Source: Octopus bimaculoides
Lineage: Eukaryota
Length of the DNA stretch: 45,251 bases
Assembly: GCF_001194135.2 (NCBI RefSeq)
Contig: NC_068986.1
Span: forward strand, 59,889,483-59,934,733
Direction of reading: 5' to 3'
Part shown: in pieces, positions 1-12,139 of the stretch
Numbering within the stretch: position 1 is the first letter of the stretch
Layout: every line of letters begins with the position of its first letter
The notes under the pieces: model-generated
Databases searched by the model: none
The model's input: the letters and a program-made list of their open reading frames with translations, nothing else
What the model was told of the DNA's origin: nothing
Position numbers and translations under genes: made by a program

Positions 1-1
1 T

Positions 2-251
2 CCTATCATAGTAGGTGCCTTAGGTATAATTAAAAAATACTCAGACAAATACATAACAAAAATACCAGGACTTACAAATATATGTAACATACAGAAAATT
101 GCACTACTGGGTACTGCACACATTCTACGCAAAACACTTTCAATACAGTAAACATAAAAGCACCACAGCAAACCACAGCACATACCCAAGGCGCACAGAG
201 CTGCGCTCGGTAGTGAAGTGAAAGCACGTTATAAAAATAAAACTACTGAAC
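2..251 (+). mobile_element. 3' end of an R4/Dong-clade (RLE-type) non-LTR retrotransposon
   Basis: Frame from nt 2 reads PIIVGALGIIKKYSDKYITKIPGLTNICNIQKIALLGTAHILRKTLSIQ* (stop 149-151). This matches the recalled C-terminus of R4/Dong RLE ORFs (PIxxGALG...QKxxLLGTAxILRK). A ~100-nt 3'UTR then runs into (AAT)n. Confidence 0.8.
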
Positions 252-323
<72 letters not shown>

Positions 324-351
324 AATAATAATAATAATAATGATGATGATG
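252..351. repeat. Compound (AAT)n(GAT)n(AAT)n(GAT)n microsatellite
   Basis: Directly visible. It explains the poly-S/poly-L ORF 140..403. Confidence 0.98.
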
Positions 352-2596
352 TATTGAGATGAGTATTAAAAGAGAAATAAAGAACAAATACACTATTTCT
401 CAAGAGTTTGATTGGTTACATTTTAGGAATAATCTGGGTTAATAAAAGATGATCAAGAGAATCCAGAAATAATGGCCATAACATAGCATCCTTTGTATTT
501 TTGAAGACATCCAATCAAAAATTAATACCTAACTTAGCAGTTCTCAGAACTAATTGTACCAATCTCTCATAGGTACAATGAGAGATTGGTATATTGAATA
601 CTTGATGTATTTTTAATTTGTAATTCTAAAATATTTCCAAAATTACAAATCCAATTAACACTGTGCTGTTAGCAGTTGATTATGAGCACTTATAATAGCA
701 AATACATTGTTTCTGTAATGCTCTTGCCAGCATCAACAGCTATCATTTTAGCAAGAGAAAGAGCTCTATAATTTAGCCATAATTTAGATTTCTTTTCAAA
801 GAAATGTTTTCTTTCGTGAAAAATAAAAGTAAAAATTTAATTGATTTTCATTTTTAATCTAGCGAAAAATGAAGATTTTTCTTTTTTTTTCCTGTCATAT
901 CATTTTAGTCAATATTCTATAAAGGAGAGAATGGGATAAAACATTAAACAAAACAAAAAAAAGTGAAAAGAAAGAAAGAAAGAAATTATGATTGTAAACA
1001 CCTTTGGGGATATCATTGAGTTAACAACTTCCTGTTTTCATATTAAGTGCTGATGGAGCTGATGAAGATTAATCTAGTATTGATGAATATTAAAAGAACA
1101 CAGCCTCTTTCAAATATAATGACTGTCTTTGTGGTGACATCATACTATATCAATATGAAGCTGAGCAATGAGTGAAATGCTAAATTCTATAAATGTAAAG
1201 CCAACTTCTGTTAATTAAGAAACTATACTAATCATATTTGCCTTGGCAAAACATTGATATCTACCATTCTTGGTGATTCTGAGGTGAGTTGTCTCACCTG
1301 GTCTGTGATATTCAGGTGTTCTTTAACACTCAGCATTTGTAGAGCTTTCCCAGAATGCTATCCCCATAGCAAATTCAGCATATAAACAAAATACATACAC
1401 TGTGTATGTGTGATTGATAATGATTACATTACTAGAACTGCTTTTAATTTGTAATTTAATATATATGTCCAGTTTATGATGGTGGATTGTGATATTATTT
1501 GAGCTACTTGCACTATATGTTCTGGCTCTTTGTGTTTTGAGTTCAAATTCTGCCATGGTCTACTTGAGTGGTAGACTTAAACCACCACCTGGTTTAAAAC
1601 AGGTACCTCATCCTTGAGTGTCTTTAAAAAAATCCCCTCTATTACAAGCATTGAAACCAGTTCCTAGTTTAAAGGTAACGTCCTTTCTCTGTCTGGGAAT
1701 CTCTGAAAAATAAAGGGTCATGTGCACCGCCCCTTCCTCATGATCTCATCATTAAAAATGCTACTCTGTCAAGTATATTAGATGTCAGTCTAAGGACCAA
1801 GAAAGTGTTCTGAGTTTGAATTCCACCAGTAGTAACAGGTTGTGACCCTTCTCTAAGGTAGCAAGCTGTGTGTGTGTAAACAAGGACAAAAGGATAGAAT
1901 AACTTAAAAAACAAAGGTTAGCAGACAAGAATACAATCTGCAGTGATGTAGAAAACAAGATGAAGAGTGATGAGAACTTTAAGGGTCTATAGTGTTGAGA
2001 CAAATGAGAATAGTCTCTGAGAAAGGATCCAATGTTCAAAGATCTAGAGTCCCTGTTAAGTCAACAGATTCTAGTACTGAACAACAACTGGTGAAGGAAT
2101 AGTGAACTTCTAGAGAAGAAAAGAAAAGAAGACACTGAAACTTTTAAGTTAAGGGAGAAAATATTATAAAAGTAACTACACCATATTAGTAACAAAAGAA
2201 TAATTTTGGTTTTTAACCAATTCTATTATTGGAAAGTGCTTTTAAAGTACTATAAAGTTAATCCAGGTTTCCTTGGTATTGAGTGGTTAAGGAGAACCAT
2301 TTTCTGTGGAGAGAATGTTTATCTGCTACAGGTTTGTTGCTGTTAGTAATGTTATTTCTGTCAGCTCTACTTTTCTTGAGCAGACTTTTGGCAAGGCGAC
2401 TGATTATTAGTGAAACTATTAAAATGAAACAGCTGAGTTGACTTTGCCTTTCATCTTTCCCAGCTTGATAAAATGAGTACAAGTACTGGACTTAATATAA
2501 TGGACAAAAAAAAAACATTGAAAGTGATGTCCAGATAATCTGAAACTGTTGTCAGAGAAAAATTGGCATATTTCATGGAAAAGTTTACCCCTCACA

Positions 2597-2832
2597 TGCA
2601 TCACTGTTAACTCTAATATTGGCTTCAAATTTTGGCACAAGGCCAGCAAGTTCAGGGGAGAGGTAAGTCAATTACACCAACCCCAGTGCTCAACTAGTAC
2701 TTATTCTATTGACTCCAAAAGGATGAAAGCCAAAGTCAAACTTGGCAGAATTTGAACTCAGAACATAATGACAAATGAAATGCTACTAAGCATTTTGCCC
2801 AGTGTGCTAATGATTCTGCCAGCTAGCCGCTT
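2597..2832 (-). mobile_element. tRNA-derived SINE, family B, degenerate
   Basis: Reverse complement of the family seen at 37863 (gagttcaaattc...gactttgcctttcatcc core). Confidence 0.8.
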
Positions 2833-3643
2833 TACTGTTAACCCTAAGATTAAAGTCAGCCTTATTTCAGTTATGCTATGACTGATGTTACACTGCAATC
2901 AGTATTACGGTCAGTTATGAATTTTATTAAATTATGATAGGCTGCACCATTAGGTTCTGGCTAACAGTTTGAGGGATCAAAGAGTCATATCTTGTTAATG
3001 ACATTAAGCTGAGTTCCAGACAATTTATTGACATTGTTATTGAATCACTTACACAAATGTCTTTTCTTCAAATTTACTTCAGATATTTAATTTTTACATT
3101 TCGGCAGTACACTTAATTCTACATTTTTCTTTTCAGCCATCTGGATATGTTACTAGAAACTGACAGCTATGTTGTCCAGGGTGATATTTATCTTACTGTC
3201 TTCAAACCAAAATTAAGCTCATTACATTTATGCATATTACTTTTATTTTCTATAACAATTAAATTACTTAGGGACTTCAACAATGATCATCTAATCTTGG
3301 TGGGAGATTTCTATACTGAATCGGGTACAAACATGGCTAAATGGTTAAGAATTTTGGTTTTATAATCATAAATTCTGGTTTGATCCCAGTACTTGGTATC
3401 CTGGGCTAGTGTTTTCTCCCATAAGCTTATTAGTAAAATTGGGTAGATGGAATCTGCATGAAGCCCATTGGTTGGATTGTACTTGTAATTCAAAGAGCCA
3501 GCTTTCTTACATAGTGTCAAATTCATTTTTTTTGAAGATTACATTAGGGTACGGTTATTTTTGGAATATTCAGCCATTTGCACTATAACTCGATCAGTAG
3601 GTAGTTCTGAGAATGTATGTATATATGTATATATTTTGTTTTT

Positions 3644-4034
3644 TCTTTTTCTCTTTACTTGTTTTAGTCATTAGACTGCAGCCATGCTAGGACATAGCCT
3701 TGATGAATTTTTAGTTGAATGTATCGACTACAGTACTTATTCTATCAGTCTATTTTGCTGAACTGCTAACTTACAGGGATGTATATACACCAGCACTGGC
3801 TGTCAAGTGGTGGTGGTGGTGGTGGTGGAGGGGCACAGACACAGATGCAAAGACACATACACACACACATATATATATATGACAGGCTTCTTTTAGTTTC
3901 TGGCTACCAAATCCACTCACAAGACTTTAGTCAGCCTGAGACTAGAGTAGAAGACACTTGCCCAAGGTGCCATGCAGTGGGACTGAACCCAGAATCATGT
4001 GGTTGGAAAGCAAGTTTCTTACCATACAGCCATG
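3644..4034 (-). mobile_element. tRNA-derived SINE, family A (CORE-like, OR-type)
   Basis: Shares the body cttgtttcagtcatt...gaagacacttgcccaagg...gggactgaaccc with at least six other copies. The minus-strand head has a B-box (GGTTCAGTCC). There is an internal (CA/TA)n stretch. Confidence 0.88.
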
Positions 4035-4063
4035 TTTACTCATATATATATATGTATGTATTT

Positions 4064-4867
4064 ATTAAAGTAGCTAGATGCAATTTAAAACCAAAAGGCA
4101 CAAATACAATCATCACTAAGAGTGACTCAGAGTGCAAGTCAGCACCAGTATTACTAAAAGTAAGAGTGAAAATAACTCTTAGCCATGAACAGAGCATTTT
4201 CTGGTCAACAGAACACTTTTTATTCACTGTCAAGAGAGATAGTCTCCCCACAGCAAGCAAGGGTGTCAGATAGTTCATCTGATTTCAGATAGAATTAATC
4301 CTCATCGGTGATGCTACTCCATTGCTGATGGGTAAGGTAAATCGACTTGTCAGTTTATAGAATATACCACAGGAATCAGTGACTGGTTCAGTAAAATGGT
4401 AAAGTGAAAATTATAAAATTATTAAGGTGGCTAGACACAATTTAAAACCGAAAAGCACAAATACAATCGTCACTAAAAGTGCCTAAGGGTGCAAGTTAGC
4501 ACCAGCATTGCTAGAAATAAGAGTCAAAATAACTCTTAGCCATGAACAAAGCATTTTCTGGTCAATAGAACACTTTCTATTCAATGACAAGGGAGACAGT
4601 CTTGTCACTTTTAGTGACGATTGTATTTATGCCTTTTGGTTTTAAATTGGGTCTAGCCACTTTAATAATTTTGTAATTTTTACTTTACCATTTTACTGAA
4701 TCAGCCACTGATTCCTATGGTATATTCTATAAACTGAAAGTGAATAAAAAGTGCTCTGTTGAACAGAAAATGCTCTGTTCATGGCTAAGAGTTGTTTTGA
4801 CTCTTATTTCTAGCAATGCCGGCACTGAATTGCACCCTTAGTCACTTTTAGTGATGATTGTGTTTTT
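4064..4867. repeat. Local array of direct and inverted copies of a ~357-bp unit
   Basis: Direct copies start at 4064 and 4421. 4604-4736 is the reverse complement of ~4351-4483, and 4737-4867 is the reverse complement of ~4455-4585. Confidence 0.9.
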
Positions 4868-4879
4868 ACTTTACTCATT

Positions 4880-5990
4880 AGGGAAATCTTATAAACTGAC
4901 GATTGCAATCTAGTCAGTCACTGTGAAACAGGCCTGCAATCTCTTGTATCTGTATTTGACTCAGCTTGTGATGATTTTTGGCTTGACCATCAACTTGAAA
5001 AAAACAGTTGTAATGTATCAACCTGCATGTAGTGCTGTTTGCAACCCCACTAAAATTTTCATTACTTGATGTTGTTAAATCTTTCATCTACCACGGAAGC
5101 TCTGTACAAAATGATGGAAATTTGGACACAGAAATACATCTGCAAATTCAAAGGGTGGCACAAGCATTTGGTAGTTTGGAGTCACACATTTGGCATCAAT
5201 GAAATATAAATAACAACACAAAATTGGCTCTACAAATCGTTTGTCTACTATCCCTGTTGTATTCTTCTGAAACATGAACATATTATGAAAGACATTTCAA
5301 ATTGTTAGAACAATCTCACTAAAAATGTCTTCACAGCAGTTAAAACATTAAATGGGGCTTTTTTTACTCCAGACACAGATGTCTTTGCATCTGCAGGCAT
5401 CACTTCAATTAAATCAATGTTTTGGTGAGCTGGCAGAGGAGATATGCAGCCGCTGTAATCCTAAAAAGAGGTTTAAAGACAGCATAAGGACTACCATGAA
5501 GTCACTTGCAATGGATCCAAAGGCCACAAAAACCCTTGCTTTGGATTGAGCTGGATGGCAAACAAAAGTGTGAAGTGGAGTGAAAGCTTTTGAGGAGGTC
5601 AGGATGACACGTGCAAAACTCAAGAGAGATTTAAAGAAGAATGTTGCGAGCAAGAAGATGAATTTCAGTGACCTGTTTGTGTGCACGCTTGTGACTGACC
5701 ATGCTGGGCTCAAATCTCATTTGTGGACGCACGAAAAATGAACAGCCACTAACTACTCTGCCTATATATCTGTGCACATCTTTCAATGCCATGTATGCCA
5801 TAAGGTCTGCAAATCTAACAGAGGCCTCAAAAGACATTTTAAGATCTACAAAGATCAGAACTTAACTGCAGCTCTTGGTGGTCCAAATCAGATGTGCAAT
5901 CTATGTGGGTGTCTTTTCAATATATTGTCTGGTTTAAAAAGCCACATCAGATGCCATGATGGATTTAAGGGTAAGTACAAAAGATGATCG
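4880..5990 (+). mobile_element. 5'-truncated, decayed RTE LINE (RT C-terminal half plus C2H2 zinc-finger tail)
   Basis: Across stops and frameshifts it reads IREIL*TDDCNLVSH (YADD region), GLTINLKKTVVMYQP, LLYSSET, PKKRFKDSIR, then CHVC...H and CNLC...HIRCH fingers. Confidence 0.88.
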
Positions 5991-6016
5991 GACTCTGCAT
6001 AAGTAGTAGACAACCA

Positions 6017-6392
6017 TCTTATCTTTTACTTGTTTCAGTCACTTGACTGTGGCCATGCTGGGGCACTACCTTGAAGGGTTTTAGTCAAACAAATCGACCC
6101 CAGGACTTATTTTTCTCAGCCTAGTTCTTATTCTATTGCTCTCTTCTGCCAAACTGCTAAGTTATGGGGGACATAAATACACCAAAACCAGTTGTCAAGT
6201 GGTGTTGGGGGACAAAAACAGACACTAAAGCACACACATATACATATATATATACAACAGGGTTCTTTCACAAGGCTTTGGTCAACCTGAGGCTATAGTA
6301 GAAGACATTTGCCCAAGGTGTCATGCAGTGGAACTAAACCCAGAACCATGTGGTTGGGAAGCAAGTTTCTTGCCACACAACCACACCTGCAC
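6017..6392 (-). mobile_element. SINE family A
   Basis: Full-length homology to the 32627-33022 copy. Confidence 0.88.
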
Positions 6393-8337
6393 ATGTGTGT
6401 GTGAGAGAGAGAGGAAAAGAGAGAAAGAGAGAGAGAAGGAGAGAGAGAGAGAGAGAGTAAATAAAAGCCTTCTTACACATATTCTCTCCCTGGTTCCACC
6501 TGAGGATTACATTAAATGTACATGTGTTTGGAGAATACTTATGCTGTAATTCAGTATGTAGGCTCTTCAAGGGATCAAACAAGACTACTCATAAACACTT
6601 ACAGATCCATTTACTACACCATGATTTAGATCTTGATGAATTCAGTTCCATTCTGGTATGGCAGATTTTTGTTTTTTTAATCATGCATACAATTTAAATA
6701 CACAAATAAAATTAGCAGATTCAAAACATTTTAGCTGAGAGTTCAAAACTGCATTCAATCACCCATCATATATTAAGGGTATTATTAAGTAAAGGTATTA
6801 GCAAGTCCATTACACTGACACTGGTATTTTAATGGCGCTTCCTTTAAGGAACCCAATGAGATTAAAAGAAAAGCTAAGTCAACAGTATTTGAACTCCGAT
6901 CAGTAAAACAATGAACTATGTAGACACCAATAAAGAATGAATTTGAGCACATTACTGACTGAACAATCTCTTTGTTAACAAATGAAGTTAATGGCAAAAA
7001 AAGTGATGCTGATTACAAATCTATTTTATAGAAAGATATTAATCCCATCAAATCACAGGGATTGACAAAATCACACCGTATCTTACATCACTGGTGAATG
7101 ACATAGATGAGGGAGAAATGTATTCCTGTATAAGGCATTATTTTATCACAAGAAGATTTAAATCCAGGATAGCAACACTTATGAATGATATGGTGCCCAG
7201 CTGCTTACAGTAGTGAATTTATATCAGCCTATGGCACTTATTTATATAATGAAAAAAAAAATTTGTCATACAGCAGGAAAGGCAATACCCATGACCTTTT
7301 GGAATGCTCCTGAGATGTTTGGGGAAAAGAAAGGTGTTATGATCAGGTCAGCACTAGGTCTGAAGGCACCCAATGTCCAGGTGGGTGGTGTTAAACTAGG
7401 CAACAAAATAAGCCAACTGAGAGCTAAATGTTTGCATCAAAGACAAAGAATGTCAATACTCAAGAGATTGGGTACAAATTTGTTAACCCACCAGCTATTT
7501 AGCCAGCTTCTTATGCACTCATCCAGCTGTGACTAAACAAAGGATTAATAATTCATAAATGGCTCAGTCACATAACTAGATATCAACAGCTTCCTGGTTA
7601 TAATGAAAACATTTTTAAAAAGTAAAAATAAATCCATGCAGCTTATCTCAGATATTACAGCAGGACTGATTATAAAAAGTGTTTAGTGAACGTAAAGTAG
7701 CGATTAAAAAGTAATTGAACTACCACCATACACATGCACACACAGAAACACACACACTAATAATACAAAGGAATGTACATGCATGGGTAGAAATATACAG
7801 ACCAACATATGGACATACATAGAAGCATATAAAATCTGCAGTCAAGCTGTTATATGATCAGTGTTGATGTAGCTTAAACTCCATTATCTCAATATAAAAA
7901 CTGGATTTTAATTGATAAAACACTACTAAACCAATTCTTTATATAACAAGTAGATTATGCAAACAGTTATCTTCAATTAATTGTTAGTCTGAAGAGAAAA
8001 ATATATAATTTAGATTGTAAAAACCGTCCAGCACAGCAACAAGTGGAAGAAAGCTAGTGCAGTTAATGACAATCACAGGAATTTGAGATGACTATTGGTA
8101 TTCAACATTAACAACAATGAATTTCAGCCTCTGATGAAGAAACACTGTCAGAAATATTTTCTTTCTGATTGAAGTAAAATAACTAACCTTCCTTAAGCTA
8201 ACAGGGGGGCCTCACAACAAGACTGCTTGGTCTGCTAGAGATAACAGCTGAATTTCCTTAACTCAGACCTTATGACCTTAAGAAAGAAAGTCTTCACTGA
8301 ACAATGTAATTCATACATATACAAAAAGACAGGATAT

Positions 8338-8720
8338 TCTTTTATTCTTTTATTTGTTTCAGTCATTTGACTGTGGCCATGCTAGAACACCACCTTTCAT
8401 CGAACAAATCAACCCCAGGACTTATTCTTTGTAAGCCTAGTACTTATTCTAGCATTCTCTTTTGCTGAACTGCTAAGTTACAGGGACGTAAACACACCAT
8501 TATTGGTTGTCAAGCAATGGTGGGGTTACAAACACAAACACACACACACACATATATATGACGGGCTTCTTTCAGTTTCCGTCTACCAGATCCACTCACA
8601 AAGCTTTGGTCAGCCTGAGGCTATAGTAGAAGACACTTGCCCAAAGTGCCATGCAGTGGGACTGAACCCAGAACCATGTGGTTGGTAAGCAAGCTACTTA
8701 CCACACAGCTACTCCTGTGC
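8338..8720 (-). mobile_element. SINE family A
   Basis: Full-length homology to the 32627-33022 copy, with an A/B-box head at the right end. Confidence 0.9.
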
Positions 8721-9020
8721 CTATATTGTCATAGTTGCAGAGCTGACCTGGGGTTTAAACAACAATCAACCCTGCATCTGAAGATGTCTGTATGAGTCGA
8801 CTAAACCTGCAAGAAATAGCAGCCAGATAGAGAGCAAAATAAGATAACACTTAAACTACATAAGTAATGAAAGAAAGTAATATTAAGCATTCTAATGCGA
8901 AGTCTTTATTTGAAATTTTAGTTTTCAGCTCTTTTATACCACAATTAGTGAACAATAGTATCGGCATTATTTCTAAGTTTCTGATGAGTCAATCCCTTGT
9001 TCCCTGCATTTCTCTAATAA

Positions 9021-9233
9021 TCCTTTCTACTAAAGGCACAAGGCCTGAAATTTGGGGGAGGGGACTAGTCAATTACATTAACCACAGTATTTCACTGGTA
9101 CTTAATTTATCGACCCAAAATGGATGAAAGGTAAAGTCGATGCCAATAGAATTTGAACTCAGGATGTAGTGATGGGCAAAATACCACTAAGCATTTCATC
9201 CTGCATGCTAATGATTCTACCGGCTCACCCCTC
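9021..9233 (-). mobile_element. SINE family B, degenerate
   Basis: Reverse-complement homology to 9341-9571. Confidence 0.8.
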
Positions 9234-9340
9234 AAATAATGAGAGCAACAAGCATGTGTCTATAATTCAGCACAAGGACTTTGTCCTCACAAAATACTTG
9301 GACTTAAGACCTGCTTTCTGTTAATACTTATATCATTATA

Positions 9341-9571
9341 GGTGGCGAGCTGGCTGAGTTGTTAGCATGCCGGGCAAAATGCTTAGCGGTATTTCGTCTG
9401 CCACTACATTCTGAGTTCAAATTCTGCCAAGGTCGACTTTGCCTTTCATCCTTTTGGGGTCAATTAAATTAGTACCAGTTACACACTGGGGTCAATGTAA
9501 TCGACTTAATCCCTTTGTCTGTCCTTGTTTGTCCCCTCTATGTTTAGCCCCTTGTGGGCAATAAAGAAGTA
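9341..9571 (+). mobile_element. SINE family B, full length, with 15-bp target-site duplication
   Basis: A-box-like TGGCTGAGTTG and B-box GAGTTCAAATTC. The TSD aatacttatatcatt occurs at 9323-9337 and 9572-9586. Confidence 0.93.
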
Positions 9572-10850
9572 AATACTTATATCATTTACCAACATACCCT
9601 GGAAAAGACATTCACATATAGACATCCATCCATAAGGTATTTGGGATTTTGTTGTCTGAAACAAAGGTTTCTCAAACCAAACACATGACAGTTTGATTCC
9701 TGTTGGTGTTTATGTGTGCACTAACAGTATGGATCAGTATGGAAAAGAAATTTCAACACAACTACAGTTTTCCAATCACAACCCTTGTGTCATTTTTAAG
9801 CAATCTGAAGTATTTTCAAATTATTATCAACAAAAACATTCTGTAATTGACATTCTATAACCTAAACCTAAACTGTAACCACTAACCCTAAATCTCATCT
9901 TAACCAAACCCAAAACCCTAACCAAAACTATGTAGCATAAAGTGCATTAAAATTTACTGAATATTACTGTATACACTTCAGTGTCAGTGCAAAAAAAAAA
10001 GTGAACTGGGTCACTAAGAATTTGTTTGAAACGTGTTTATTTTTTATCATAAAATTCAGCATCCTTCATACACACATACATGTATTCAGCGATATTATAG
10101 TAAGAGCTTTCAGGATTTATACCTCTCTATGAGGAATTGCTATGAACTTTCTTTCTCCAGATTTTCTGCTAAATTTATTTATTTTTCTACACACATCTGT
10201 ATAACTATATTAATAAAGGATTTGATTCCCTTGCAACTACCATTCCACCTTTTACTTTATTATACTTTCATTAACTTGACTGACACATGACCTATACCCA
10301 ACTCTTATTTGCACTGAATCTGTATCCCTTCATTTTATGTTAGAGTTTAGGTACATGGTTCACTCTGAGCACTTATTTCATATGACAATTTGGACCACTT
10401 CTTACCTTTGATATGTATATGCATGTGTGTGTGTGTATATATATATATATACATCGTTTAACGTCCGCTTTCCATGCTAGCATGGGTTATATATATATAT
10501 ATACATCGTTTAACGTCNNNNNNNNNNNNNNNNNNNNNNNNNNNNNNNNNNNNNNNNNNNNNNNNNNNNNNNGGGACAAGAACGCAAAACATCCAGACAA
10601 TTAGGTGATACAAGAAAGGGACAAAACATACGGATACAAAGAAAACACAGACAGGTCATTCAGAGTTTTCTCTCTTCAGTCGAGATCCAGATTATCCTTG
10701 CAATTTCGGCTGGTTGTCTCTTATATGTATACATACATATATATATATAAATTTAGTAAATGGAGTAAAATGCATATGTTAAATGAATTCTTTTATTTCC
10801 AACATATGTTTCGAAGATTACAAATTATACCTATGGAAGGTATGTGTATG

Positions 10851-11100
10851 TGAAGGTGCATGACCTAGTGGTTAGGTTGTTGCACTTACAATCACTAGAT
10901 TGTGGATTCAATTGCCATACCAGGCAGCATGTTGTGTTCTTGAGCAAAACACTTCATTTCACATTGCTCCAGTTTTCTTTTCAACTGGTGTGGAATGTTG
11001 GCCTGTTCACCTAGCCAGTGGGGTGGCATCATTTGGAGGATAAAAAAAGTGCAAAGTGCATGACCAGTAATGGGTAACAACATGTGATAGTCATGTGATA
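10851..11100 (+). mobile_element. tRNA-derived SINE, family D, degenerate
   Basis: A-box-like TGACCTAGTGG and B-box-like GGATTCAATTGCC, then gtgttcttgagcaaaacacttcatttcac. An inverted relative lies at 33575-33745. Confidence 0.7.
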
Positions 11101-11866
11101 ACATATATATATATAATTTATTATATGTATTTATTTTCTCTAAGTTAATAAATAGCCCCAACAAAATAAATTGGTTAATAGATACCAGGGTAGCAAAGAT
11201 CACAAAATGACTGTGGTGTAACTCTTGTTTATGAGGTAGAAACTCCTTGTTATTTTGGGTACTTGAGTAAATATATAAATTTAGTAAATGGAGTAAAATG
11301 CATATGTTAAATGAATTATTTTATTTCCAACATATGTTTCAAAGATTACAAATTTGGCTGTTATACCTAGTTTGAATGTAAAAGTATGCAGAAAGTTAGG
11401 TTTGAAACTGTTTAGCTCTAACTCAGGTCTCATCAGACAAACCTGTGATTAAAAGCATTCCAGCCATGGCCTTCCAAACTTGTTTCCAGTCAATGTGTTT
11501 AGGCCCACATTATCTTTTATATTATATATCCTTGAATTTTTTGAGACAGCAAGATGTGACTTGGAGACTGAATTTTGTTATTATTTCTAGCATGTCAAGC
11601 CATCAGTTAGAATTTCCCTTGTTGATATGTTAAGTTTGTTAATATGTAACAAAGAAATGTTTTCTAATATGTGGAATAACAGGAAATAATTAACAGCACC
11701 ACAAATAAAGATATGAATACCATTTTCCCCCATCTGAAGGTATTATGAGTAACAGTGCTAACAGAACACCTCACCATATATAGAAATTATATCCAGATTA
11801 CAAACAACCAGTAATGTTACAAGCTATGTGCTCAATTTTGTCTCCTAGGTAGAACCAGTTCCATTG

Positions 11867-11903
<37 letters not shown>

Positions 11904-12085
11904 ATTAATGCTGGTTGGAAACATAAACACTGCAATTCCTATATATCTTTCTCTTCAAAAAGTTTCTTAGCCTTCAAGCATACCTGAAAAATGCAATAGG
12001 AAGCCACTCCAGCCTACCCAACCCCATACATTATAACAGTGTCAAAGCTACATCCTCAAAGGAAATAGACATGCTAGTTTTATAT

Positions 12086-12088
<3 letters not shown>

Positions 12089-12138
<50 letters not shown>
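12089..12138. repeat. (GT)n microsatellite
   Basis: Directly visible. Confidence 0.98.

Positions 12139-12139
<1 letters not shown>

Noticed and set aside
430-2415. Several short protein-like minus-strand frames (e.g. KSKLWLNYRALSLAKMIAV, HSGKALQMLSVKEHLNITDQ)
   Set aside because: Acceptors are poor or stops intervene, no consistent phase chain exists, and such frames are expected by chance in AT-rich DNA.
3137-3365. Plus-strand exon-like segment with DHLILVGDF (endonuclease-like)
   Set aside because: A single short motif with no supporting neighbouring motifs or phase-compatible exons.
7274-7380. Plus-strand candidate exon with WNAPEMF, resembling the kinase APE motif
   Set aside because: No DFG upstream or DxWSxG downstream, and no partner exons found.
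8041-8172. Possible hAT transposase C-terminal remnant (NLR*LLVFNINNNEFQPLMKKHCQK)
   Set aside because: Similarity is too weak and no TIRs or TSD were found.
9858-9930. CCTAA/CCCTAA-rich stretch resembling interstitial telomere repeat
   Set aside because: Too degenerate and irregular to distinguish from low-complexity or transposon-derived sequence.
10573-10705. Hammerhead-ribozyme-like CTGAAGA-gag-aaaa-ctc-TGAAT on the minus strand of a Penelope-like piece
   Set aside because: The GAAA core is broken and stems I and III cannot be drawn convincingly; at most a dead relic.
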